Source: a candidate division WOR-3 bacterium
Lineage (GTDB): Bacteria; Hydrothermota; UBA3073
Length of the DNA: 64,000 nt
Assembly (NCBI GenBank): GCA_030606335.1
Contig: JAUWGP010000009.1
Coordinates: 10,363 to 74,362, forward strand
Reading direction: 5' to 3'
Under the pieces are notes generated by a model. The model searched no databases. It was not told the origin of the DNA and was given only the letters and a program-made list of their open reading frames with translations. Position 1 is the stretch's first letter. Each line of letters starts with the position of its first letter. This document shows positions 28,806 to 38,366 of the stretch, in pieces. The position numbers and the translations under genes are program-made.

Positions 28806-29104
28806 CTGTCATTGCGAGTCCCGATGATAATCGGGACGTGGCAATCTCATTCTCTATTGTTAAAACCCAACACTATGCGATTGCTTCGCCTACGGCTCGC
28901 AATGACTGTTTTCAGTATCTGTCATTGCAAGACTGAACGAATTAAAGTCGCGACAATCTCATCACTAACCTCTGTCATTGCGAGTTCCGATGACAATCGG
29001 GACGTAGCAATCTCATTCTCTATTTTAAAACCCACCACACTATGCGATTGCTTCGCCTACGGCTCGCAATGACTGTTTTCAGTATTTATTATTGCGAGTG
29101 GGCT
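28806..29104. repeat. Family A structured repeat array, second locus (about 3.5 units)
   Basis: Units start at 28806, 28919 and 28972. Same architecture: CTGTCATTGCGAG-[variable, itself a hairpin such as TCCCGATGATAATCGGGA]-GTGGCAATCTCAT ... ATGCGATTGCTTCGCCTACGGCTCGCAATGAC. ORF-track entry 28800..29072 is an artefact. Confidence 0.85.
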
Positions 29105-29141
29105 AATTAAAATCCAACATTTAAAAATTTTTCCCTTTATT

Positions 29142-29933
29142 TCACAATTCTATTCTCAAGTTCAGTCCTCTTTTCAGCTTGAGCATATTCAGTTTTTCCC
29201 TTAATTCCTTCCAGTAAAGATGTTCTTTCGAGAATGCTATCTGTCTATACTGTTCTGTAATCTCTGGATAACTATTATTTAGTATCTCTCGAATATTCTG
29301 CCAATTTCTGTCTTTCTCAGCAGAGATTTTTAATCCATACAACCAGATAGTATCTGAGTACAGTTTAACCATATCTATAAGAGATTCCACATCAGTGATA
29401 AAAGGCATCACTGGACATATTAAAGTGTAGGTTTGGATACCTGCTTCCTTTAACTTTTTTAAAGCTTCAATTCTCCTCTCATTTGAAGGAGCTTTTGCCT
29501 CGAAAAGCTTTCTTGTATCTTCATCCTGAAAGGCAATTGAGATACCCGCTGATGAACCTTTCATAATTTTTAGTAAATCAATGTCTCGGACAACCATGTC
29601 AGATTTTGTAAGTATACAAACAGAAAGGTCACGATTTAAAAGTATTTCAAGAACCTGTCGAGTCTGCTTATAGATTTCCTCAGATGGCTGATAGGGGTCA
29701 GTATTCATACCCATATAGATGGTCTGGGATTCAAGTTTAGATAGCCCTTTATTCAGTTTGTCCGTAAGGTCTTTGTGAATAAGGATTTCTCCTTCCTTAA
29801 TTCCTGGTTTGTTTAGTATGTAACAGTAATAACAGTGATGTTCACAGCCAATATATGGATCTATTTGATAGACAAATCCTTCTAAACTGCATGGCTGAAT
29901 TATTTGGCTACCTGAACAGTAATTTATTTGCAT
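29142..29933 (-). CDS. Radical SAM protein, spore-photoproduct-lyase-like (COG1533-type DNA repair photolyase family)
   Basis: CxxxCxxC radical-SAM motif in GCEHHCYYCY near the N-terminus, 263 aa. Confidence 0.65.
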   Translation of the reverse strand: MQINYCSGSQIIQPCSLEGFVYQIDPYIGCEHHCYYCYILNKPGIKEGEILIHKDLTDKLNKGLSKLESQTIYMGMNTDPYQPSEEIYKQTRQVLEILLNRDLSVCILTKSDMVVRDIDLLKIMKGSSAGISIAFQDEDTRKLFEAKAPSNERRIEALKKLKEAGIQTYTLICPVMPFITDVESLIDMVKLYSDTIWLYGLKISAEKDRNWQNIREILNNSYPEITEQYRQIAFSKEHLYWKELREKLNMLKLKRGLNLRIEL

Positions 29934-30003
29934 AGTCTTAGAGTTTTTTTTCGCTGCTACAACCCAACTTAATTATCTTACCCTGTTTTACATACCGTTA
30001 AAA

Positions 30004-30140
30004 TGTTGAATGTTATAGATAAAGTAGTGAGTAGTGAGTAGCCATTAGTGAGTGGACAATATGTGGAATTTTTAATGTTAAATGTTTAATGTTAGATGTT
30101 AAATGTTATGGATAAAGTAGTGAGTAGTGAGTAGATGATA
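30004..30140. repeat. Direct repeat ATGTTATRGATAAAGTAGTGAGTAGTGAGTAG (x2, 102 bp apart) with (TAAATGTT)n tandem words between
   Basis: Copies at 30004-30040 and 30106-30140. Between them, TTAATGTTAAATGTTTAATGTTAGATGTTAAATGTT. Confidence 0.75.
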
Positions 30141-30205
30141 TGTTAAATGTTCAATGGAGTAAATATGGAATAATTGGGACGTTTACTGCTTGTTTTTGGG
30201 ATTTA

Positions 30206-31387
30206 CTAATTTCCTAACAGATACTCAAGACCGTATTTAATATGAGACCTCCAACTTCCCCATGAATGCCCCTCATTAAACTCCATATATGAATTGGGAT
30301 AATTTTTCTCATCAAGGACAGACTTGAATAGTCTGTTTGTTTCAACCATCCATGGCCATTCAAAGGTTCCTACATCAACATAGAGTCTAAGATTTTTTCT
30401 GGGCTGTTCTATAAAATATTTTAGATAGTTGTTATACCCGTCATCAATGTATACAACTCCTGATTGTGATATTATACATCCAAACACCTCTGGAAAATTC
30501 CACCCCAATGCTATAGAGATTGTGCCACCTGCTGATATACCAGCAGTGCATCTCTTATCCTGATTGTCAATCGTTGGGTATTTCTCATCGATATATGGAA
30601 TGAGTTCTTCTATAATAAATTCTGCATATTTTTTCTCACCAAAATACTCCTCAAATCTATCAATAGGGGGAATAAAAATCGCTATGAGCGGTTGTATGCG
30701 TCTCTGGTAAATCATATTATCCAGGACATTTTCAAGCCGAGCGATTGATATAAGTTCATAACCATCATGAACATAAAAAGAGGGATACTCGCCTTTATTA
30801 TCAAAATTAGCTGGTGTATAAATCTTAAACTTCCGAGTTTCGTCCAATATTTCGCTGTATATAGAATCTGCAATTATCTGACTATGAGGAATGTTTGGGT
30901 CAAATTCTATCTCATTAGCCTCGATATAACCAGGCATATTGACTTCGGACTTAGGACCAAACCCACTCATTATAGTGTTAGGATTATAGGGGTCAAGAAT
31001 CCACTCATTTCCAATCACAAATTGATAATCCAATCTCGCATCGATAGGGAATTCGAATGTCTTGTAAAGAATTTTTGTACCTGGTAGTTTTATAAACCAA
31101 TCATATTCTTCTTTCCATTCATTAAAATCTCCAACAATAGACATAGGTAACGTGTCGACTGATGATTTATTTTCGTAAATAAAGGTAACCCTATTACCTT
31201 CAATTAGTGGAGTTCCTTCTTTCTTGAGCTTATCCATAAACTCTCGTGCATAATCCGAAGCCTTTTCAGGATTAAGAACCACATTTATTTTAAACTCATT
31301 AAAATCCTTCCAGGTCTCAGCCTGCATTTGAACAGTTATTAATAAGGCAACAATGCACAATATTCCTTGTAATCCATACCATCTCAT
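30206..31387 (-). CDS. Secreted esterase (alpha/beta hydrolase, esterase-D/enterochelin-esterase-like) with N-terminal Ig/CBM-like domain
   Basis: Signal peptide. GxSxG nucleophile TAGISAGG. C-terminal His region consistent with the putative-esterase family. Confidence 0.7.
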   Translation of the reverse strand: MRWYGLQGILCIVALLITVQMQAETWKDFNEFKINVVLNPEKASDYAREFMDKLKKEGTPLIEGNRVTFIYENKSSVDTLPMSIVGDFNEWKEEYDWFIKLPGTKILYKTFEFPIDARLDYQFVIGNEWILDPYNPNTIMSGFGPKSEVNMPGYIEANEIEFDPNIPHSQIIADSIYSEILDETRKFKIYTPANFDNKGEYPSFYVHDGYELISIARLENVLDNMIYQRRIQPLIAIFIPPIDRFEEYFGEKKYAEFIIEELIPYIDEKYPTIDNQDKRCTAGISAGGTISIALGWNFPEVFGCIISQSGVVYIDDGYNNYLKYFIEQPRKNLRLYVDVGTFEWPWMVETNRLFKSVLDEKNYPNSYMEFNEGHSWGSWRSHIKYGLEYLLGN

Positions 31388-31440
31388 AAAACGCTCCTTC
31401 TATAGTTTTATTACCAACAGAGATTATAAAATATTTGAAT

Positions 31441-31580
31441 TTTCAACAGGGATTTAAAGAGATTGAAAGAGATTTTTTTTTAACAGGTAATTTAAGAGAT
31501 TGTTCGTAGAATCCCCTGGAAAAGAGATTTTTTATTTTAGTCTTTATCTCTTATATTCTCTTCCAATCCCTGTTAAATTT
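31441..31580. repeat. Family B-related long inverted repeat (TTTCAACAGGGATT ... AATCCCTGTTAAAT)
   Basis: Arms at 31441-31454 and 31562-31575 with about 105 nt between them. Confidence 0.55.
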
Positions 31581-31587
31581 CTCTTCC

Positions 31588-33534
31588 TTAACTTTTAAAT
31601 TTCCTTTTATACTTTATTACCATCATAGTGATATCATCTGCTTGTGGCACTCCCTGTGAAAAGTCTTTTATCTTTTCTACAATATTCAAAACCAATTCCT
31701 TAACGGATTTTTCAAGTAGAACATTTATATCTCTTTTAAGTCTTTCCTCTGAAAAAAGTTCCTCAGTTTTATTTACAGCCTCTGTTACACCATCAGTATA
31801 CATAAATATATAATCACCAGACTGTAAAACTAATCTCTCTGTTTTGAAAATTATATCCTCAAATGCACCTATTGCAGTGCCTTGTTCCATTTCAAGAAAA
31901 TCTCCACCTTTACCCTTGTGCACTATTAAAGGTGGATTGTGTCCACCATTTGTATAAAGAACCTCCCCTGTTTTTGTATTTAATATACCTAAAAATATGG
32001 TCACAAACATACATGAATCGTTGTCATGGCATAGTTCTACATTCGCCCTCTTCAGGATTTCATTTGGACTCATATTCTTAGAGGCAATGGTCTTAATCAG
32101 GGTTTTAGTTACAGCCATAAACAGAGAAGCCGGGACACCTTTACCAGAAACATCACCAATAACAAAGCAAAGGTGTTCATCATCAATAAAGAAAAAATCA
32201 TAAAAGTCTCCACCAACCTCTCTTGCTGGTTCGAGGGTTGCATATATATCAAATTCACTTCTTTCAGGGAAGGGAGGAAATATTTTGGGCACAATGCTCA
32301 TCTGAATATCATGAGCAATTTTTAATTCACTTTCTATCCTTTCTTTAGCTGCTGTGGTTTCTGTCAATTCTTTAATATACTGTTTCAGTGATTGTTTCAT
32401 ATAAACAAATGATTCGGTAAGTTGTCCTACCTCATCTCTAGACTTAACGGATGGAATTTCAACATCTAAATTCCCCGAACCTATCTCTTCGCTTTTCTTT
32501 GCAAGTGTTCTTAAAGGTCTCGTAATGTTACTCGCAATTGATGCTATTATGAATGAAAGAAATAAAATTCCAGCTATAACTAAAGAGAACACCATACGAT
32601 TCAACCTGGTAATATCTGCCAATAGCTCATCCTGTGGAAAAAGTACCCCCAGTGACCAACCACTTGAGAATACGGGACCGTAAACCATCCAGCACTTTTT
32701 TCCGGTTACAATGCTATTAAAGGGAACAAACCCGGACATACCTTTAATCATTTCTCTTCCTATTTCTCGCAATTTAGCATCTCCCCTCGCCTCAGCAACG
32801 CTGAATATTGTTTCATTCATAATCAGTTTTTCTGTTGGATGTGTTACTACTGTCCCATTTTTCGATATTAAGAAACCATAACCCGTTTGACTTATTTTAA
32901 TTGAAGATACCATCTTCTGGAGCCATAAAAGAGAAATATCAGCAGTTACTATACCCGTTAGTCGTCTTTCTCCATCAACTGTTTTATAGAATGGAACAGA
33001 GTATGTAGCCATAATGATATTACCACCACCTACATCATAGTACGGTTCACTCCACATTGGGCGTTCCAGTTCTCTGGGTATCTGATACCAATCCCAGTAA
33101 AAATATCTATAGGTTTCGCTTCCCAGATAGGTAAATTTGATCTCACCATTGGATTTATAAAAATAGGGTGCAAAGTAAATCGATTCACTATTAAATGCAT
33201 ATGGCTCAAATGCAATTGTGCCTCCATATATCTCCGGGTTATTTTCTACTACTGAACGGAGAGAATTTATCAACTCTTCTTTTGAATAGGATGAATTCTC
33301 GATGAAACAGGCAAGATTTTCTGGAGCCTTTTCAACAGAGCGCAGTACTATATCAATGCGGCTTGTGGTTGCCTGGGCAAGATTTTTTGCACTCTCCTCA
33401 ATCTTTCTGCTAATAACTTGTCGAACAACAATATAATTATAACCAAATATCAGAATAAAAATGATTAAGGCACTGACGAGTATATAAAAAATGAGTTTGA
33501 ATGCTATTCCTTTATTCCTTAGCATGATTATCAC
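31588..33534 (-). CDS. Membrane sensor: Cache-HAMP-PP2C (SpoIIE/RsbU-type) serine phosphatase
   Basis: N-terminal TM, periplasmic Cache-like region, second TM, HAMP, and a C-terminal PP2C with metal-binding DxxGxG-like VGGDFYDF...VIGDVSGKG. Confidence 0.8.
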   Translation of the reverse strand: MIIMLRNKGIAFKLIFYILVSALIIFILIFGYNYIVVRQVISRKIEESAKNLAQATTSRIDIVLRSVEKAPENLACFIENSSYSKEELINSLRSVVENNPEIYGGTIAFEPYAFNSESIYFAPYFYKSNGEIKFTYLGSETYRYFYWDWYQIPRELERPMWSEPYYDVGGGNIIMATYSVPFYKTVDGERRLTGIVTADISLLWLQKMVSSIKISQTGYGFLISKNGTVVTHPTEKLIMNETIFSVAEARGDAKLREIGREMIKGMSGFVPFNSIVTGKKCWMVYGPVFSSGWSLGVLFPQDELLADITRLNRMVFSLVIAGILFLSFIIASIASNITRPLRTLAKKSEEIGSGNLDVEIPSVKSRDEVGQLTESFVYMKQSLKQYIKELTETTAAKERIESELKIAHDIQMSIVPKIFPPFPERSEFDIYATLEPAREVGGDFYDFFFIDDEHLCFVIGDVSGKGVPASLFMAVTKTLIKTIASKNMSPNEILKRANVELCHDNDSCMFVTIFLGILNTKTGEVLYTNGGHNPPLIVHKGKGGDFLEMEQGTAIGAFEDIIFKTERLVLQSGDYIFMYTDGVTEAVNKTEELFSEERLKRDINVLLEKSVKELVLNIVEKIKDFSQGVPQADDITMMVIKYKRKFKS

Positions 33535-34510
33535 ACCTTTTATAAAAAGTTTCGAAACCAGGAATTTCGTCTATCAGCTTATTCTCCTTTAATCCCTGAG
33601 CTACACGTTCATAATCATCAAATAAAAGTCTTCCCATAGCGATAGAGGTATCTTCTGGTAATATTAAATCCTTCATCCTTTCAAGCATCCATTTCTGGTG
33701 AATCCTATTTGCAGGAATGTGTGCCTCCTCCATATACTTCATAACTACATCAAGTGCTTCCTCAGGATGTACAAATGCATATTGCCATCCCTCTATAGAT
33801 GCCTTAGCAAAAGCACAGCATAACTCAGGATCTTTTTCATATGTTTCTTGTAGGGTATAGATACCATCCTCCGGGAAATTCAGTCCGTACTCATAGAAAA
33901 AAAAGGTAGTCAACTCCTCTGGATTAATCCCGGCGTTCAGGATAGTATGATATTCGTTATACCACATTGCAGATGCAACATCTACACCATCCCGCAGAAA
34001 TAAATTTACAGAATATGACTGAGAGATAATCTTTACATGAATATCATATTTTTTAAAAAGGGCTTTTGGCTGTATTTGAAAAATTAGACCCCATAGTCCA
34101 ACTTTCCTACCGTTTATGTCCTGCAGTGTTTCTATACCACTGGTCTTTTTAGCGACAAGCATTAAGGCTGACCGCTGTAAAATCTGAGCAATATTGACTA
34201 ACCCTATACCTGCATCTCGCATCTGTATCCCAGAAGATAGCCAGAGAGTGGCAAAGTCTGCTTGGTGACTGTTTAAAAGCTCAGATGGCGATGCTTCAGG
34301 TCCTCCAGGAATAATGGTTAGATCAACACCATGTTTCTTATAAATTCCTTTTTCATATGCAACATAGTACCCTACAAACTGTGCCTGAGGTGCCCATTGG
34401 GGAATAAATGTAGCCTTTTTTAGAGGTTCTTCTTTGGCAGAAATAGAAATGGCTATAAAACAGAAAAACGAAATAAGAAATAAGTATGGTGTTAATATTA
34501 CCTTTCTCAT
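33512..34510 (-). CDS. Periplasmic substrate-binding protein, NMT1/SsuA-like
   Basis: Signal peptide and NMT1/THI5-like fold pattern. It overlaps the sensor-phosphatase gene start by 23 nt. Confidence 0.65.
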   Translation of the reverse strand: MRKVILTPYLFLISFFCFIAISISAKEEPLKKATFIPQWAPQAQFVGYYVAYEKGIYKKHGVDLTIIPGGPEASPSELLNSHQADFATLWLSSGIQMRDAGIGLVNIAQILQRSALMLVAKKTSGIETLQDINGRKVGLWGLIFQIQPKALFKKYDIHVKIISQSYSVNLFLRDGVDVASAMWYNEYHTILNAGINPEELTTFFFYEYGLNFPEDGIYTLQETYEKDPELCCAFAKASIEGWQYAFVHPEEALDVVMKYMEEAHIPANRIHQKWMLERMKDLILPEDTSIAMGRLLFDDYERVAQGLKENKLIDEIPGFETFYKRCDNHAKE

Positions 34511-34640
34511 ACCCGATATATTAAAAATTGTTATACTTTGTGCAAATATAAATCACTGTTAGGAAACCCCTCCTCCATATGTAGGAGAGACTTCCAAGTC
34601 TCGATAAATGATATACCATACTCCCTATTTCCAACCATTC

Positions 34641-35591
34641 TTAAAACGGTTCAAACCTGATTACACTTTCCATAGAAACAGGCCAGGACATACTTGCACC
34701 TAACTGAGTAGCACCTTCCATCTCTACCTGTCCAGAAAACTTTTGAGTTAACTCACCTTGTACAGGCCATCCTGTAATCTCCTGTATTTCCATTGTTCCC
34801 TTTTGCTCACCTGACAGTTTGTAATTAATTTTCATAATACCCATATCGATAGGAGGAGCTTCCTCATTAGGTTCGACTACAGAACGAACCTCAATAATGG
34901 CTAAACCATCTTTACGTGCCTTTAGTGTCCATGTATTATCCAGAATCATAGGGAATCCCCTTGATAGAACCAACCTTTTTGTCCAACGTTCTCCAATGCC
35001 AACTGGACTATCTGGAAATACTGCCATCATTTTTTCCATGTTCTCTTTTAAGGCTTCGTCACCAAACTGTCCTTTCAAATTTTTCATCAAATCATCCATC
35101 ATAGGAAAATCAGGTAGATCAAGTTGTTCTATCATATTTGATAGCATTTCATCCACGCCATATATATCTTTCACATTTCCTTCAGGAGATATAATCATTG
35201 TAAAACTCTGCCCTACAAGAGCATTAAAACCCATAGCCATAGGAGGAATTTCAGCAGGGGGATCAGAAGAATCATATTCGAATTTTCCCATTGGTCCATC
35301 CTGTTTGAATAGAATTGAATGATAGGTGACTTTAACTGTAATACTTCCATCAAAGTCCACATCTTCCACATCGAAGGTATATCCTGTTCCAATCGTCTGA
35401 AGAATGTCCTGTGTTTGCTCCTGGATTGTCTGTGAAATCTTCTGTTCTGCAACCATTCGCAAATTATAAGACTCTCCTGCTTGCAAGCAAAGCCTGAGTT
35501 GAATCTTCTCTTTATCCTTTATGCATGATGTTACAAAACAAACAGTTAGTATCGCCATCAATACTCCATATACTCTCTTGTTACTACTCAT
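34641..35591 (-). CDS. Hypothetical lipoprotein
   Basis: Lipobox LTVCFVTSC after a hydrophobic N-terminus. No recognisable catalytic motif. Confidence 0.5.
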   Translation of the reverse strand: MSSNKRVYGVLMAILTVCFVTSCIKDKEKIQLRLCLQAGESYNLRMVAEQKISQTIQEQTQDILQTIGTGYTFDVEDVDFDGSITVKVTYHSILFKQDGPMGKFEYDSSDPPAEIPPMAMGFNALVGQSFTMIISPEGNVKDIYGVDEMLSNMIEQLDLPDFPMMDDLMKNLKGQFGDEALKENMEKMMAVFPDSPVGIGERWTKRLVLSRGFPMILDNTWTLKARKDGLAIIEVRSVVEPNEEAPPIDMGIMKINYKLSGEQKGTMEIQEITGWPVQGELTQKFSGQVEMEGATQLGASMSWPVSMESVIRFEPF

Positions 35592-35730
35592 AATTAAGCT
35601 CCTTATGGTTAACGATAATATCTAAATTTCTTTTCTTAATCGCAAGTTTTCCTTGAACAGTAACTTGAAAAAAATAGAAGGAATTATTATCTATTGTGTT
35701 TTTAATCTTTGATTTTTCATCTCTTGCAAT

Positions 35731-36175
35731 CCCTGTTAAATTAATTCTTTTTAAATAAAAAATAAGTCTCTTAAAAGTCTATTACAAGTCCCTATTATAA
35801 TGAGTCATAGGGTCTTTGTGTCTTAGAGTCGACACTGTTTTTAAAAGTTTACTCAGTTTACTTTTTTTGTTGAGTGGACTTTTACTTGTCCTTAAATCGT
35901 AAATCTAAAATCTAAAATCGTAAATTCTAAGTCTCTGTTAAATAAGTTCTTTTAAAATAAAAATAAGTCTCTTAAAAGTCTCTTACAAGTCCCTGTTATA
36001 ATGAGTCATAGGGTCTTAGAGTCTTTGTGTCTTAGAGTCGACACTGTTTTTAAAGTTTACTCAGTTTACTTTTTTTGTTGGGTGGACTTTAATTGTCCTT
36101 AAATCGTAAATCTAAAATCTAAAATCGTAAATTTTAAGTCCCTGTTAATTAATTTATTTTTAAAAAATCACCTAC
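35731..36175. repeat. Tandem duplication of about 205 bp (about 2.1 copies) upstream of the lipoprotein gene
   Basis: Copies at about 35731-35935 and 35935-36140, with a partial third start at 36140. Each contains the palindrome CCCTATTATAATGAGTCATAGGG and AATCGTAAATCTAAAATCTAAAATCGTAAATT mini-repeats. Confidence 0.85.
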
Positions 36176-36197
36176 TCAAATTCCTGTTATTACTATT

Positions 36198-36818
36198 TTA
36201 TCTAATTAGTAATCTTACTGCATCAAATATAAATTTGCCACTGAAAAATAATAGAAATACTCCACAAATGGCGAAAACATATCTTTGAAATTTTCTACCA
36301 AAAAATTGTCTACCCCTGAAAGATAAATTTGAAAGAAAAGAGCACCACAAAAAGTCACACAACCAGTGAAGCAATGCAAAAATTAAAAACCATAAGATTC
36401 CAAATTTAGCTGAACGTAATATCAAAGCAGCACCAACAGTTGCCCACCAAATAATAAAATAAGGATTGCCTATACTTATAAGTATTCCTGCTAACATTGG
36501 TGAATGGGTATATTTGTCTTCTCTGACCTCAACTTTGTTTATACTACGAAACATACCTATACACATAATCAAAAGGAACAATCCTCCAACAATACCAATT
36601 ATCTCTTTTATATATGAAAGATTTATAATATATCCAAAGCCATAAAAGATGGCTATCATCAATGGAAATTCAATTATTCCATGTCCTATTGCTATTTGTG
36701 CCCCGGAATGAGGAGATTTAGTTCCTTTACCCACTATTACGGCGGTCATTGGTCCTGGTGCCATAACACCAGATAGGGAAATTAACACTGCTTCAAACAA
36801 AAATACCAAAACAGGCAT
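36198..36818 (-). CDS. LysE/RhtB-family amino-acid exporter
   Basis: Six-TM, 206-aa protein with LysE-type motifs (GPMTAVIV, GNPYFIIWW). Confidence 0.7.
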   Translation of the reverse strand: MPVLVFLFEAVLISLSGVMAPGPMTAVIVGKGTKSPHSGAQIAIGHGIIEFPLMIAIFYGFGYIINLSYIKEIIGIVGGLFLLIMCIGMFRSINKVEVREDKYTHSPMLAGILISIGNPYFIIWWATVGAALILRSAKFGILWFLIFALLHWLCDFLWCSFLSNLSFRGRQFFGRKFQRYVFAICGVFLLFFSGKFIFDAVRLLIR

Positions 36819-36846
36819 ATAACTTTTCTTTTAGTTTATAATATTA

Positions 36847-37278
36847 TTATTCTTCTTCTTTAGTTTTGGGAATATGACCTATAATTTCTCTAGCTCCTGG
36901 AAAATATTTCATTTTAGAAATCCAGAAACTCATAGCACGATTTTTGCCAGATGATTTATGATATGAACCTTCCCAGAACCTGAACTTTTCTACTTCAAAC
37001 TTTGCTTCAGGATTAAAGAAAGCTCGAGCTGGAGGGTGTATGTAAATTCGCAGGTCTTTTCGAGTAACATTGATAGTTAAAATTTCTCGCCCTTTTGAGA
37101 AAAAGGATATTGCTCTACCATTATCCGTCTTTATATCTTCTATTCTTGTTGCAAGTGTTTCTACTATATATTCAAAAAGTTTATGAAGTACTTCTAACAC
37201 TTCTTCTTTTTTAAGTCTTGCAGAATATTGCTTCCAGACTTCCTTATTCACTAAGTCTTTTAATGATTTTACTTTCAT
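36847..37278 (-). CDS. Hypothetical 143-aa protein
   Basis: ORF with good coding appearance. No motif I can assign. Confidence 0.45.
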   Translation of the reverse strand: MKVKSLKDLVNKEVWKQYSARLKKEEVLEVLHKLFEYIVETLATRIEDIKTDNGRAISFFSKGREILTINVTRKDLRIYIHPPARAFFNPEAKFEVEKFRFWEGSYHKSSGKNRAMSFWISKMKYFPGAREIIGHIPKTKEEE

Positions 37279-37453
37279 ATTATTTTAAGTTTTATCCACT
37301 TTCAGGCTTCCTGTCGGAGTGCATTACCTTGGTAATGCATGCAATAGCAAGTTTACCCCGTATCTATGTATAGGTGCGGGGCTACTGCTTGCCTGACGGT
37401 AGGCAGGCACTCCAATTAGACAAAGAATTATAGCAATTTTGGAATACAACCAT

Positions 37454-38329
37454 CTATCTACACATTTCTCTGTAATTGCAATAATTACATATTTTATTAT
37501 TTGTAGTCTTTATGAATTTATCTTTATCTTGTGGGATGTTTTCTTCTATATTTCTGCACCAGGAATACATTTCTTCTGTTTCTTCCTTAATCTGAATTGC
37601 AAAATCTTGAATATCATATTCGTTAAATTTCATATGAACTTCCTCATAGGATGGTCTTAAATATGCAATTGTTGGAATGATTTTATTCGGGTCTTTCTCT
37701 AAATGATAAGAAGCCCAGCAGGTATAACCTAATAACTGCTTTTTATATTTCTCTTCATCTCGTTTCCCTGTTTTCCAGTCGATTATGTATATATAATCAT
37801 CAACAGGGAAAAGGAAATCAACCTTACAATATATTTTCATTCCTTCGAGTCTTGTCTCTCCAAACCTTGAAGGTTCAATTATCCAATTTAATTTGTTGGA
37901 TATTGCCTTCTCGGTTAACCAATCATACCTTTTGCTGTTTAAAAAATTATTCAGGGCATGGTGTATCTCACCAAATAAGACTTCAGCATCTACCCTATTG
38001 ATTTCTTTATAATATACTTCTGAAAATGTTTTTGAATTACAATGTTCTCGAGTTTTTCTTTTAGCAAAATCTATAAATTGTGATTCATCTATTGCTTCTT
38101 CTGATTTTAACAAACGTTCTAAAAGAACTTTTACAACCTGGTGAACAATATTACCCATCTCAAGTGGAATTGAAGTTAATTTTTTCAAGGCCTTTATTTT
38201 TTGTACTGGGTATACCTTATCATATTTCGCATAATAATCATAATAATACTGTCTTTTACACAAATTGAATTTATCATACCTACTTACAGACCAGCCCAAT
38301 ATAGGAGTAAAATCAAACCATTTTATCAT
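37454..38329 (-). CDS. Cas4/RecB-like PD-(D/E)xK nuclease with Fe-S Cys cluster; no cas context
   Basis: Motif III IIDWKTGK (compare RecB-family iDyKTg). N-terminal Cys (LCKRQ) plus C-terminal CNYCNYREMC, the Cas4-type four-Cys arrangement. Confidence 0.65.
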   Translation of the reverse strand: MIKWFDFTPILGWSVSRYDKFNLCKRQYYYDYYAKYDKVYPVQKIKALKKLTSIPLEMGNIVHQVVKVLLERLLKSEEAIDESQFIDFAKRKTREHCNSKTFSEVYYKEINRVDAEVLFGEIHHALNNFLNSKRYDWLTEKAISNKLNWIIEPSRFGETRLEGMKIYCKVDFLFPVDDYIYIIDWKTGKRDEEKYKKQLLGYTCWASYHLEKDPNKIIPTIAYLRPSYEEVHMKFNEYDIQDFAIQIKEETEEMYSWCRNIEENIPQDKDKFIKTTNNKICNYCNYREMCR

Positions 38330-38366
38330 ATTAAAACACTCCTTTTTATTCTATTTAATAGAACGG

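Noticed and set aside
28800-29072. ORF-track entry of 90 aa on plus strand
   Set aside because: It lies entirely within the family A repeat array. The reading frame is an artefact of the repeat (the same is true for 24670..24855 inside the word microsatellite).
37290-37300. DnaA box TTATCCAC as an oriC marker
   Set aside because: It is a single isolated occurrence, with no cluster of boxes and no dnaA or dnaN nearby. dnaB is present, but its presence does not indicate the origin.
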